DNA of 64,000 nt from Carcharhinus amblyrhynchos (lineage: Eukaryota), in assembly GCA_965287045.1 (NCBI GenBank), contig OZ336872.1, positions 23,064,001 through 23,128,000 of the forward strand. Direction: 5' to 3'. Made by a program: the position numbers and the translations under genes. Positions 1 through 12,766 of the stretch are shown piece after piece. Each line of letters starts with the position of its first letter. The stretch's first letter is position 1. The notes beneath the pieces are model-generated. The model was not told the DNA's origin and made no database searches. It was given only the letters and a program-made list of their open reading frames with translations.

Positions 1-92
1 CACTTTTAGATCAGCCATGATCTTATTGAATGGTGGGGCAGTCTCGAGGGGCTAGATGGCCTACTCCTGCTCCTATTTCTTATGTTCTTATC
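1..92 (+). mobile_element. CR1 3' tail
   Basis: agatcagccatgatcttattgaatggtggggc...tggcctactcctgctcctatttcttatgttcttat, same family as 63715-63800. Confidence 0.75.
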
Positions 93-214
93 TCTTTCGT
101 GTTTACCCTGAAGAAATTTGTTATGATTGTTTAGCTTCTTTGCAATAGTGGGAAATTCCTATCCCAAAATGCATTTGCATGTTGAGTTTATTAGAAGCAT
201 TAAATCTAATCATT

Positions 215-705
215 AAAGAACACTGATTTGGCCTCAATACTGTGTCCAATTCTGCTCACAGCCCATTAGAAAGGATGTGAAGGCACTGGAGTGGGGTTCA
301 GGGTACAGAAATGTTTTTAGAATGAGGAATTTCAGTTACACTGATGGATTGGAGAAGTTGATGCTGTCCTCTTTGGAGAAATGGAAAGTCAAGAGGATGT
401 CTGATGTAGGTGTCCAAAGTCATCACGAGTCTGACAGTGCAGATAGGAAGAAATTGTACGCACTGGCAGAAGAATCGAGAAGTAAGGGACACTAGGTGAA
501 TGGCAAAAGAACCATGAGGAAAAGCTTTTTCATGTAGTGAGTGATTCGGACCTGAAATGCACTACCTGTGTGTTAATCGTAGCTTTCAAAAGGGAATAGG
601 ATAATTATCCAAAGCAAAAAAAAAGAATGCAAGGCTACAGAGCTCTTGTATAGGCATAGGCAAGACAGGCTGACCAACGTCCTGCTGTGATATAAACAAT
701 GATTC
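215..705 (+). mobile_element. Old degenerate CR1 3' fragment
   Basis: Decayed CR1 ORF2 C-terminal and 3' UTR motifs. Confidence 0.55.
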
Positions 706-1645
706 TAAAAATGAAAATGAAATGAAATATTTAGCTAGCCATGGATGGCATGAGAAAGAAAACAGAAGGAAGGCAGAGCATACCCGGGTAAGAAAAACAA
801 GCAGATATGATCAATTACCCAGGCAGAAACTACGTGAACAAGGGAATACTCCAGGAAAGGAACCGACTGGGAACTGGGAAGCAGTGGTCAAATGGCCATA
901 AAATCTAAGTTTCCAGGGAAACATGCTTTATCCAGCATTCACTGCAGCCAGTGACATATATACAAAGTATAAAACCAGATGTGATCTCTTCAGTGCTGTT
1001 AATGTCACTATAAAAGTTAAATATTTTGATAACATTTAAGAAGGCCTTCAACAAAAAATGCACTTCATTGGACTATTCGCACGCTGGATTAAAAAAACCT
1101 GAAATCACCATTTTGATCATCACAACAAGCATCTATAAAAAATTGGATTTGCAATTTAAAAATGATTGAATGATAAGTGCAGAAGTTCAGTTATTTGCAG
1201 TCAAATGTAGATATGGGCTTGAGAATTTGTAACTATAGAAATGCAAAGACTCGTGGAAGTTGCATGTGTAATGGCTCAATCATGTTAACAACCAATTGAT
1301 CAGTTTAATTTTATTGGAAGTCACAACTAGCATTTCAATAATAAGTCTCTTTATACAAGACGAAATGAGAACTGACAATGTTGCTTTTTATTCGTGTTGC
1401 ACGAGAATAACTGGAGACAAAGTGCAGTCCAACTTTAAGCTCTTGTGGCTGGAATCAGGGCAGGCGAGACTCACAGAGTGGAATTCTCCGTTGGCCTAGG
1501 AGGGGATTTTACAAGTCTCACCTGAGCGAGATTGTAAATTCCCAGCCTGTTACGTAGTTACACAGGAAAAAAAACCTTGCTTGTTTTTTTTCAAACCTGT
1601 GGTCAGTACGCAAGTGAGATTTTGAAAAACCATGAATCACAATAC

Positions 1646-1768
1646 CTGAAAGCCTCGATCAGACGTTCTACTTTCTGAGCTTCTCCTTGGACTCGGATGT
1701 GGGCCTGGAACTTTCTGAGAGCTTCGTCTAATTCCATTCCTGAAAAATCCATCTCATCGACAACACAG
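1646..1768 (-). CDS. IQSEC1: IQSEC1 Sec7-domain exon containing the catalytic glutamic finger ([15 protein letters not shown])
   Basis: Acceptor ttttatttcag|C, donor AG|gtattg, 123 nt, phase 2/2. Encodes [40 protein letters not shown]. Confidence 0.96.
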
Positions 1769-3755
1769 CTGAAATAAAACAAAAAACAGTGATTACTTGG
1801 CATGATTTAAGTATTTAGAAAAATACTTTAAAATTTGAGGTGCAACAAAAAAAAACTTTTGAAATGAGTATTTTTGTACGATTTATCTAATCCCCAGAGT
1901 GCGAAATCATTCAAGGAGAATGTTACCTCCTGTATTCCTACTTTGGATGTCTGCTATTATTGTTCATTACTTACGAGGTTGGGGCCTTGGATTCAGCATT
2001 TCTGTAGCTGCAGAAAAAACCTTGGAATTTTTGCCCACCAGGTTTTTCTTACCCCAATAGCTTATGCATCATAACAAAGCCACCTAGATTCCACTCAACG
2101 GAATCAACCTCCTAAAACAATCTTGCTCCTCAGGCTTCACATCCCTTCTTAAAACTGAACTCACTGCTTAAGCTTTTGGTCACCCTTTTTCACCCCATAA
2201 GTGCATAAGAGGCCATTCTGCCCATCGAGTCTGCACTGTCTCTCCGAAAAAGCACTCTACCTAGGCATATTCCCCGCCCTATCCCTGCACATTGATCATG
2301 GCCAAACCACCTTACATGCACATATTTTCACACACATGGGCAATTTGGCATGGCTAATCCATTTAACCTGCACATCTATGGGCCACTAATATGTCCTACT
2401 TCTCCTCAACATCTGTTTTCCTCACGTGAAACACAGACTATTAGATTTCCGGGCCTAGAGCTAACAAAACCATGGATGAGGGCAAGTGGAAGTTCTTACC
2501 TCACTGATGTCCTTATAAGGAACTTTTATGCATCTATATATTCAATCTGCTTAATATTTTGAGGAAGTAACATCCCAAGAAAACTGTGGAAAGCCTATAG
2601 TTATAATATATCCAGTCTAATGGAAAGCCTTTGTTAAAGTTCCATAACAAATGCTCTGGATGTTTAAAATAATGGAAAATCAATTTAAAACCATGAAATA
2701 ATTGGCTAAAAAAGTGAACAGCGTGGACTTGCTAGAGGAGTAGGTAGTTGCAGGAAACTGGGCATTTCTGTGGATTGATGAAAACATGGAAGAATTATAA
2801 CACAACCAGAAAAGAGCTATAATTCCAGGAATCAACTGAACGTGACAAGTCATCTAAAAGAAAAAAAAATCACTCAGTGGACTCTGGCATCTGAGCAAAA
2901 AAGACTTGTGAAAAAACAACAGACAAGCATAAAGACTCCTGGTGGCAAGTTAATGCTTTAACCACAATCCTGGTGCATGTGTGGTGCCGTGTTGGCTTGA
3001 ATCTCTTTTGCTGAACTTGTGATTATTCCCATTGGGATCAACAAGCAGCATGGCAGGCTCAATGGAACTAGCTAGAAACTGTATTCCTTATGATGGTCTG
3101 GAAACTGATATGATATCGCTTGCATAATTTGATTGCAAATTCATCAATATAAGCAATTTAGTTGAGTAAATACTCAACACAACCAAATGCACTGCCCTGC
3201 AAATACTTACTGGAGTCAAAAGGGAGTGTTGAAACAAGATGAAAAATTAATATCTGTCCAGAATATATCCAGTTGACACTCCAGGGACCAATCAACATCC
3301 TCAGACCATGGACATGTTAGATTCTGCAGATGGCTGACAGCTTTATTTCATTATGAAAAATACATATTGGCCTTTGTCCCACATTGTACTTTGAGAATTG
3401 GAAGGTTATGTCTCTATCAAGTTAATTGCAACTCAGTTCTTCTGGGCCGACTGAAATGGGCATACACAACAGGAAATTGCTAGGACATAGATTAATCCTA
3501 ATGCACAAGTTATGCATGGGTCATTATGTCAAGAGAGATGGTTAACTGTTGTGTTTTTTTTTAACCTGAGAAAGAAATGCAATTAGAAGTTCAGAAACAA
3601 AGTGAGCCATTGTTTAACTTCCATTTTTAGTAAGTTAGTCTAATAGCTTATAGATAAATACAAATTTCTGTTCAACTCCTGGGTGACTGTGCATTAGCAG
3701 GTACATATGAAAACATACATTTGTTCTAATGGAGTAAAGATTAATACAGGATAGA

Positions 3756-4073
3756 ACGGTGACATAGCGGTTAGCACTGCTGCCTCTCAGTTCCAGGGAC
3801 CAGGGTTCAAATCTGGCTTCAATGACTGTCTGCATGGAGCTTGCACAGTTTCCCCGTGTCTGTGTGGGTTTCCTTCAGGTGCTCTGGTTTCGTCCCACGA
3901 TCCAAAGATGTGCAGGTTAGGTTGACTGGCCATGCAAAATTGCCCCTTAGTGTCAGGGGTGCTGAGCAAGATAAATATGTGGGGTTACAGGGATAGGGCC
4001 TGGTTGGGATTGTTGTCAGTGCAGACTCAGTGAGCCGAATGGTTTCCTGCTGCACTATAGGGGTTTTATGATT
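3756..4073 (+). mobile_element. tRNA-derived V-SINE (HE1-like)
   Basis: A-box/B-box head (ggttagcactgctgcct, gggttcaaatc), V-core tggagcttgcac..tccccgtgtctg, CR1-like tail. Confidence 0.88.
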
Positions 4074-4479
4074 CTTAGGTACAAATTACGAAAAATAATT
4101 TGTTCAAGTCTTAAAGATCAGACATGCACATCAGTAATATTCACAATAATATTTTATAGATACAGCCCCCATCAGCAGTAAGCATAAGCCAAGTTAGAAG
4201 ATAGCTAAAATGAGTATTTCAAAAGCAAGGAAGGCAGATAACAGCAAGCAGCATCCAAAATACATTTTTAAAGCTATGTTTGTAGCTGACAGGGAGTAAA
4301 AGACTGGTTAAACCTTTCAAAGAACAAGTGGAGTAGAAACATTAAAGCATCTAGAAATTGCAAAGTTGTCAAAACAAGTCACTTAGATCATTCTTCACAA
4401 ATCAAAACTGTAGCCAAATTCCACATCCTGTCAATTTAGCTCAGGAATCTAATATATAGGATAAATGCAACCCCAGCCT

Positions 4480-5260
4480 GCACTCCATTATCAGCAAAAT
4501 GATGGAAGAAGCTGTCAACGGTCCTATCCACCAGCACATAGTCACCAATAATCTGTTCAATGCTCTCAACTTGGGGTTCTGCAAGGACCACTCCGCTTCC
4601 AATCTCATTCCAGACTCAGTCCAAATATTGACAAGACAGCTGAATTCAAAAGGTGAGCTGAGTGCAACTGAAAATGACAGTAAAGGAAGTCAAGCAAAAC
4701 TGTAGTCGGTAAAAATAGGTAACGATGGGGGCAGGGGATGGGTGAGAAAAGAAGGGGTAGTCTTCAACAGCTGGAGTCTCATCTGAATGGAGGAAGATAG
4801 TGTGTTTACTAAAGGCCAATAATTTCAGCCTTCAGACCTCACTGCAGGAATTCCTCAGGGCACTGTTCTAAACTTAATTATCTCAGCTACTTTATCAATA
4901 ACCTTCCTTCTATCACTTGTGCAGCATTCTTGCACGTGAACATGGACTGCTTCATTATCTCAGTCATTCTGTTTTGATTGGAGCTGAACTCGGCAGTCAG
5001 TGACCAGACATTCTATCTATTACCAACAAAACAGTGCTGTCCACGTGCACTGTCTGCACTATAGCAGACAGTGCACATGGACAGCAGCTATAGCAGCTAA
5101 GCTTCTTTAGTCACACCTTCCAAATCTTCAACATCCATGACCTAAAAGGATAGGAGCAGCTGTGGGAATACCAGGCCACAACAATGTGGTTAAATGCCTT
5201 CTGAAATGGCCACTCAGTTCCAAGGCAATTAGGGAACAAATGCTGCCATCCACAATAGGG
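4480..5260 (+). mobile_element. Very old LINE fragments, same family as 40635-41620
   Basis: atcagcaaaatgatggaag, ttcctcagggcactgttcta (PQG motif) and ggcaattagggaacaaatgctg tail. Confidence 0.45.
5035..5086. repeat. 23-bp inverted repeat with a 6-nt loop
   Basis: tgctgtccacgtgcactgtctgc-actata-gcagacagtgcacatggacagca; one mismatch. Confidence 0.9.
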
Positions 5261-5436
5261 AAAAAAGATCTGTATTTGTTCAGGTAGCTGTAATAATTCC
5301 AAAGTACTGTTCTACAGGAGTCGGGAGTTCTCTCAGTTAACGGTCAGCGTTCCTTCCTCAACCACCAAAAGTAGATGACTTTATCGCCACCCTCTAATAT
5401 AGAGCATTTTAAACTGGTAAAAGTTACAATGCTTAC

Positions 5437-5598
5437 TCAAGTACATCTCGGTTGAACTGCTTCTGGCGATTGCCTAAAAACTCGCCAATCATCTGTCTGC
5501 TAAGGCCTTTCCTCTGCAGAAGGAAGTGAGCAATGCCAACAGGGGTGTCGGGAACAAATCCACGCTCAATCAGATACTGCACACCTTTCTCCGGTTTT
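5437..5598 (-). CDS. IQSEC1: IQSEC1 Sec7-domain exon ([53 protein letters not shown])
   Basis: Read by hand; not in the ORF track. Acceptor ttctttgcatag|A, donor GA|gtaagc, 162 nt, phase 2/2. Confidence 0.96.
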
Positions 5599-6744
5599 CT
5601 ATGCAAAGAAAATGAAAATTAGAGTGTTAGACATTTCCAGATAAGCAATGTTCTGAAATATATATTTATTATTACGTAACACAATTATGCACCCATATTT
5701 TGAGACCAACATACAACACTTAAACACCTTTATCTCTCTCTTTTCATTCACAGATCTGGACTTGTGCATACATGACACTGTCACCATGTAAAATTCTTGG
5801 AATTCTCTACTTCACATCATTGTGAAAGCACCATAAAAAGGAGTACAGCAGTTGAAGGACTATACTTATCTTAGACAATAAATGTCAACATCACTTTCAT
5901 TTAGAACATTAATCTCAATCTAGAAGCACTTGAATAAGGAGGAGCTGATATTGGCTTTATGTAGAATGGGACCTACCTGCCAATTTAAATGCTGCTCCTC
6001 TCTATTTGTTTTTCACTTCCCTTCTGAACTTTTTATATTCTGCTTGGTTCTCATTTGTAATACCAACCTAATCATATGCACTCATTTTCAGCTTCATCTT
6101 TTGCCTATCTCGTCCATCATCGAAGGAACTCTTGATGCTTTTTTTCTGATGTATTGATAATACCAGCTTCACTGATGTTCTCAACCCCAAAATGGGCCAC
6201 TCTCTCAGGTACAATAATTTGTTATAAGTTGCACATATAACTAGTTGTACATATAACTTCTTGCTACAGGAATGAGACACAGACTAACTTCAATTGCCCC
6301 ATCTGACTTATATTCCCAGTAGTAGTTTCTCAATAACAAACAAAATTGGCCCCGGCCAATTTCACTGTCTCATGTTCAAGGATTACTGAACAAATTGTTC
6401 TGTTCACAGTTGCCAGCCCCAAATGAGATCACCATAAGTGGGCACTGAACTCTCGACCCTGTTCATCTGCATGCAGACTAGGAAAATGTTTCAGCCAGAG
6501 GAGATTAAGTGATTAATTTTATTGGAAACTGTATTTCCATTTGATCAATTTCCTAATTCTTGTTTGAAAAATAGATTTCCATTCTCATTAATGCATTCCG
6601 TACAGGGTAAAGTATGCAATATTATCAGAGATCAAATTCACTGGAAGCATTATGCATGCTTATAGCAATGATCAATAAGGAAAGAACAAATCAAGACATC
6701 TTAGACATTACAGGGAATCAATCCATTTGGTACATAAGGATTTC

Positions 6745-7290
6745 AGAGGTGCTTCCTAGGTGCAACATGATTTGGTCTCCTAGTCTGAGGAAGGACATTC
6801 TTGTTCTTGAGAGAGTCCAGCAATTCCTGGAATGGCAGGACTGACACATGGAGAGACTGGATTGACTGGGCTTGTACTCACGGGAATTTAGATGAATGAG
6901 AGGGGATTTCATAGAAACATATAAAATCCTGATGGGACTAGACAGGCTAGATGTGGGAAGAATGGTCCCGATGTTGGGGAAGTCCAGAACTAAGGGTCAC
7001 ACTTCAAATATCAGTGATAAGCCGTTCCGGGCTGAACTGAGGAAGAACTTCTTCACTCAGAATTGTGAACCTGTGGAATTCGCTACCACAGAAAGCTGTT
7101 GGGGCCAGTTCGTTAGGTATGTTCAAGAGGGAACTGTACATGGCCCTTGCAGCTAAAGGAATCAAAGGATACGGAGAGAAAACAGGAGTGGGATACTGTA
7201 AGTGCACGATCAGCCAAGATCATATTTCATGGTGGGCGCAGGCACGAAGGGCTGAATGGCCTACTCCTGCACCTACATCCTGTGTTTCTA
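6745..7290 (+). mobile_element. CR1 LINE 3' fragment
   Basis: MRGDFIETYKILMGLDRLD and NLWNSLPQKAV remnants; tail gaatggcctactcctgc. Confidence 0.85.
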
Positions 7291-8367
7291 TAACACCATC
7301 TTTGATCCCTTTTTATGAAAATGAAGGCAGATAGTCTTAAAAAGAACATAACCACGGGTAGAAAGATGGCTTCGATTAACGGATCAGTTACCAAAAGAGC
7401 AGCTAGGTCTTTAAAAGCTAGAGTGCGGTTACAAAAGGTCATAAAAAGACAAATTAAATTCTGCATATCATGGTCCAGAACTTCCGATGTCTGGGGGGGC
7501 TCATACCCCAGAGATACCCAAGAAGATGCAACCTACAATGGGCAATTGCCCTGCATCAAGAAATATCCAATTGTTACCCAGGAAAAGTTAGAAGAGTTAA
7601 AATCACTTCTAACTTTGGGTAACCCAACTACCAACTCCCCCAAATAACCTAGTTTGCCCCCCACCCTTCACTCCTCCAGCGCAGACTTGGGCAGCTGTCT
7701 TACGGTGATATAAACATTTAAGCCTAACTCTATCCTAACATCTATTATGTTATTGCACACCTGAATCTATCTAATGCAGCCTTTCCAGTCACTTAACGTT
7801 CCCAATCAAATATTATGTATAGAATTGAGCTTAAGTACCTTAAGATTGGCAGTGTTCCCATATCTGTTCTGGCTTGCATCATTTGCTCAGATAAAATTGA
7901 TCATATTATCATTTTCATTAGGTGGTTATGGATCCAATGTGCTGAATTCTGGACCTGTTTGAAAGTACTTTTTCCATCTAATAGCTATTTTGCTAAGAAA
8001 CAATCTTTGGCAGTGTCATTCAAAGCCATTCTATTATTTACAGTAGGATGACAATTGCACTCGAGTTCATGGAAATGTTGCAAACCTTTTCACTTTTAGT
8101 TCAGGCCAGATTAAGCCAAGTGAATAATGGACTTTTTAAATACTGCAGCACTAATGAGATCAACAACAAGCTCTGGTAACTAATATCAAGCCAAGCTAAC
8201 CGAGTTATGAATGCCCTTTTCCACAATAATCTAAACAGTCCAAGTCTGCAATAACAGAACTGAATGCATGGTGGTGCTCTGATTCTGTGCTCAGAAATTA
8301 GAAGCATTTTTGAAAGAGTCCATATCGCGCAACCTAACTGCATTCTGGAACTTTTTTTTAAAAAAAA

Positions 8368-8720
8368 TCATTCATGGGACATGGCATCTCTGCCTGGCCA
8401 GCATTTATTACCCATCCCTAGCTGCCCTTGGAGGGCAGTTGAGAGTCAACCACATTGCTGTGGCTCTGGAGTCACATGTAGGCCAGACCAGGTAAGGACA
8501 GCAGATTTCCTTCTCTAAAGGACATGAGTGAACCAGATGGGTTTTTCCAACAATCCACATGGCCTCCTGGTTATGAGTAGATTCTTAATTCCAGACTTTT
8601 AAAAAAATTGAATTCAGATTCCACCACCTGCTGTGGAGAGATTCGAACAGCTCACCAGAACATTAACTGAATTACTGGATTAATTGTTTAGCAGTAATAC
8701 CACTGGGCCATCGCCTCCCA
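8368..8720 (-). mobile_element. Second tRNA-derived SINE family
   Basis: Minus-strand head gggaggcgatggcccagtggtatt; 3' tail shared with the LINE at 40635. Confidence 0.75.
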
Positions 8721-9540
8721 ATAATCTCCACTATTTATAAAGAATTTGCAAAAAAAGGCAAGATAAAATCAGAGGCTGGTAAAAATGGAAATCAGATATG
8801 TCATGCAAAGTAAAACAATGGCACAGTTAAATTCTAGATAAGTGCACATTATTGCTGATGATCTTGTAAATTGTGCGAGGGAATAGAGGCACAAAGTTCG
8901 GCATGGCTGGCCTTATGAAGTTCAACTCATAAAAACACTATGGGTGGGATTTTTTCACCCTGCTGTGTTAGTTGAATAGTGTGGCATGGCAGGAGATATG
9001 AGTGAAAGGTGGAAAATTGGGCTTGCTCCCAATTTAATTGCCTCTCCCGGTGTTGCCAGCCCCGTTCTGTGTTGCGCAGAATGCTGTAAATTATCACCAC
9101 TTTTATCTCCCATGTTCTCACCTGCAAGACAATCAGAATTTTTCAGAAAAAAATGCGCTCTACATCTATGAGGCAAAATGGCTCCACGTTTACACAGCAT
9201 TTTTTTCTTGCATCCAGCAATTGAAAACATTGTGTTTTACTGCCTTGTTTGAACGATCTAAGCTATGATGTGACAACTGCAGAACTGATTGAGTGACTGC
9301 CTGTTACGTATATAGCTCCTATTTTTCAAAGGACCCCCAATCATAAACAATAATGTTGCCTCTTAGGCACTGGATGGATGTGCGACTGGAAGCTGTTGGT
9401 TTATAGCCCACTTTTCACATACAATCTTTTTACTGTAGTTTTATCAGACCCTATGAATACTTTCGCTCTATAGAAGTTGGAAATATATGAACCGCTGATA
9501 CAACTAAAACAAGAATAGCATATAACCAATCAATAAGTTT

Positions 9541-9866
9541 ATAGAATCATAGAATCCCGGCAATGCAGAAAGAGGCCATTCAGCCCATCAAGTCTGCACC
9601 GACCACATTCTCACCCAGGCCCTTTGCCCATAACTCCATGTATTTACCCTTCTAATCCCCTGACACTAAGGGTCAAGTAAGCGCAGCCACTCCACCTAAC
9701 CTGCACATCTTTGGACTGTCGGAGGAAACCGGAGCATTTGGAGGAAACACACATGGATACAGGGAAAACATGCAAACTCCACACCGACAGTGACCTAAGG
9801 CCAGAATTGAACCCAGATCCCTGGCGCTGTGCAGCAGCAGTGCTAACCACTGTGCCACCATGCTGC
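9541..9866 (-). mobile_element. HE1-like V-SINE
   Basis: Reverse complement of the same consensus; (atagaatc) tail. Confidence 0.88.
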
Positions 9867-11352
9867 CCAGACAGAGGTTCCCACACAAATGAGACAGAGT
9901 TCAGAATTCCAGCAGCACTCTTGCCTTGTGAACTGAAGGGGCAGCAACTCTCCCTCCCATTAAAAATGACCAAAAGGTGAGACCCAAGAACATTTTTTCA
10001 ATAAGATAACTTAATTTAAAAACTAGAAAAGACTTCCATAAATTAGGTTTTTGTATGTCATAGTCATAGAAAAGGACATTTGGCCCATCATGCCTTCAGT
10101 GGTCAAAATACTGCCTAACTACTCTAACCCTATTTTCCAGCACTTGGCCCATTGCCTTGTATAAATTGGCATCACAAGTGCACAACTAAATACTTCTCAA
10201 GTGTTTTGAGGGTCTCTGCCTCAACCACCCTTTCAGGCAATGAGTTCTCATCATTCTCCTCACATCCTCCCCTAGACCTTCTGCCCCTTTATGCTCCCTG
10301 GTCATTGATCCCTTCACCAAGGGGAAAGGATTCCTCCTATCTATGCCCCTCAATTTTTTGTTTGCAACTCTTGCCTGTGCCAATTGCTCGTGCCTATCAT
10401 GCGAAAACAAGCATTTATTTGTCATTTGACTCTTCAACTCAATAATGTTTCTCAAGGGTTCCTTCAGTCCTCTTGGGAGGTCAAAAGGGTTCCACGGCTG
10501 GAAAAGTTTGGGAAACACCGAGTTACAGCAACAAACATCTCTATTCTGAAGGCATTTAGTTTGTGTACACTGCCCAAGATAATTCATTACCTCACTGGAC
10601 AAATAAACCTTTTGTTTGCAGTGAAAGGGAAGTTTTAATTGAAGGGAAGAGGAGGACGTCCTTGGAACTGAACTGAATAATCAGTAGGCGTAGCTGGTTG
10701 CTATGAATATGGTTGTTGGTAGTCTCTTCAGAAATCTTGTTCATGGAAGTCTTTCCTCAGGTAATGGGACCTAATTACTTTGTGTTAAACAAACAAATAA
10801 GGTATTATAAATATTGTCTAACACCTTTCCTACTAAAAAGAATTGATCTCTCTTTCAGTCTGACCATCACTTACTCTCTTTGTATTCATCCATCTTCATT
10901 GGGCTTTTTTTGATTTTATATATTGACTGGGTGGATAGATGGGATGATTCTTTTGAACTTTGCCTCATGTGATCTACATATGGAGCACTCAATACTTTAA
11001 CTCATTCTGTTCTAATAGCAGTCAACACAATTCCAGAATACACTCATTAAAGTCTAACCACACAAAAATCATGGATTTCTTTAGTTGCTACATTTTGAAC
11101 CTCGTAAAATATAATTCTTCGTGATCAATAGTGAGAACCAAAAAATATCCGGCTCCCTTTGTACAGCTTACAAGTAAAACAGAATGCACTTTGTATCACA
11201 GCATGAAAACAGTAGATTACTTAGTAAAGCATTATGTATGCTTTTTTAAATGATATGCTGGATTGTGTGTCCAACTGCTGGTGCATTCAAGTGAGCACAG
11301 TAAAAAGTCTGACAACACCAGGTTTAAGTCCAACTGATTTATTTGATAGTAA

Positions 11353-11392
11353 ACTCACAAGCTTTCGGGGTTTGTCCCTTCGTCAGGTGAAT
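11353..11392 (-). ncRNA. Minimal type I hammerhead ribozyme, copy 1
   Basis: AUUCAC-CUGACGA-AGGGACAAACCCC-GAAA-GC-UU-GUGAGU: 6-bp stem I, CUGANGA and GAAA core, palindromic AAGCUU stem III. Confidence 0.72.
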
Positions 11393-11510
11393 ACCACCAT
11401 GCCACTGCCTTCCCTGTATACAAATTGAATGAAACACATTGGACTGAGGTAAACACAGTAAAAAGTCTGACAATACCAGGTTTAAGTCCAACCGATTTAT
11501 TTGATAGTAA

Positions 11511-11550
11511 ACTCACAAGCTTTCGGGGTTTGTCCCTTCGTCAGGTGAAT
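11511..11550 (-). ncRNA. Minimal type I hammerhead ribozyme, copy 2
   Basis: Identical 40-nt motif, 158 nt from copy 1, same strand. Confidence 0.72.
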
Positions 11551-11595
11551 GTGTTTCATTCAATTTGTATACAGGGAAGGCAGTGGCATGGTGGT

Positions 11596-11635
11596 ATTCA
11601 CCTGACGAAGGGACAAACCCCGAAAGCTTGTGAGT
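11596..11635 (+). ncRNA. Minimal type I hammerhead ribozyme, copy 3 (inverted)
   Basis: attcacCTGACGAagggacaaaccccGAAAgcTTgtgagt, read directly on the plus strand. Confidence 0.72.
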
Positions 11636-12244
11636 TTACTATCAAATAAATCGGTTGGACTTAAACCTGGTGTTGTCAGACTTTTTACTGTGTTTACCTC
11701 AGTCCAACGCCAGCAAATCCACATCATGACTGCATTCAAGTGAAGCAGTGAATAGATATACCCAAATGTCGTGACCACAGCTAGCAAGTAGCCGAGATAA
11801 AGATGTGGACTTGGTTGCTTGCTTGGCTAAGTTTTCTGTTATTTCAGTTCATTCAATTTTCTCATACTCAGTTTTGTATGAGTTGGCACTATAGTCCTAG
11901 ATGGCTAGTTCCGATCTCGATCTGCCTCAATCAAATGAGCCAACCATCAATTGTGAACTACATTTACTTTGGGCCAAAATGACAAAAATAAATGCAATCA
12001 TGTGGAGCTAATCAGACAGAGCGAGTAGAAGATCACAAAATCATCCTGTCTTCACAATAGGACATTCTCTTCAAGTATTTTACTGTAAAATTTATTCCTT
12101 ACTTAGCATATAGACAAATTGCATACTGAAAATGCGCTCATACCATAAATAAAAGCACACATACCAGACAATGAGTCACTTGAATAGAAAATGTAAAGGT
12201 TAATCATTTGCATAGATCTATGGGGAAATTTGAGTAAAGAAAAG

Positions 12245-12537
12245 GGGTGGCACAGTGGTCAGCACTCCTGCCTCACAGCGCCAAGGACCTGGGTTCGATT
12301 CCCAGCTTGGGTCACTGTCTGTACAGAGTTTGCATTCTCCCTATTTCTGCATTGGTTTCCTCCCATGGTCCAAAGATGTGCAGGTTAGCTTAATTGGCCT
12401 TGTTAAATTGCCAATTAGTGTCAGGGGGACTAGCTAGGGTATATGCATGAGGTTATGGGGTTAGGACCTGGGTGGGACTGTGGTTGGTATAGACTTGATG
12501 GGCTGAATGGCCTCCTTCTGCACTGTAGGATTCTATG
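12245..12537 (+). mobile_element. HE1-like V-SINE
   Basis: gtggcacagtggtcagcact...gggttcgattcc...ggattctatga. Confidence 0.85.
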
Positions 12538-12766
12538 AAAATTCTCCAAGGTAAATAAATGAAAATGACTTGCATACAGAATATAATTTGTCCAAGATAA
12601 AGAGTGACATTTACTGCCTTTGCTCAACAGGTATACAAAGCTTTTCTTCCAATGTCAGTGACATCTGATTTTATCTGATTTAGGTTGGACTTCCCAATTT
12701 TAGGAAACAATTCACATCATGTGCAATGTAAAGATCTGTTCTTGAGTTTCATTCAATTTGTATACA

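Larger units (their letters stand above)
11295..11730. mobile_element. Composite non-autonomous Penelope-like (pLTR) insertion with 13-bp TSD
   Basis: Three near-identical ~100-bp units (two tandem, one inverted), flanked by TGCATTCAAGTGA at 11282-11294 and 11731-11743. Each unit carries a hammerhead core. The unit and its tail (agtccaacgccagcaaatccacatcat) resemble shark Penelope pLTRs. Confidence 0.75.

Noticed and set aside
3756-3830. tRNA-like A/B boxes here and in other copies
   Set aside because: SINE heads, not complete cloverleaf tRNA genes.
11234-11787. Repeated peptide VKSLTTPGLSPTDLFDSKLTSFRGLSLRQVN in three ORFs; CRISPR-like repeat-spacer appearance
   Set aside because: These are translations of the pLTR unit. 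The repeats are about 100 bp with identical spacers, in a vertebrate intron with no cas genes.
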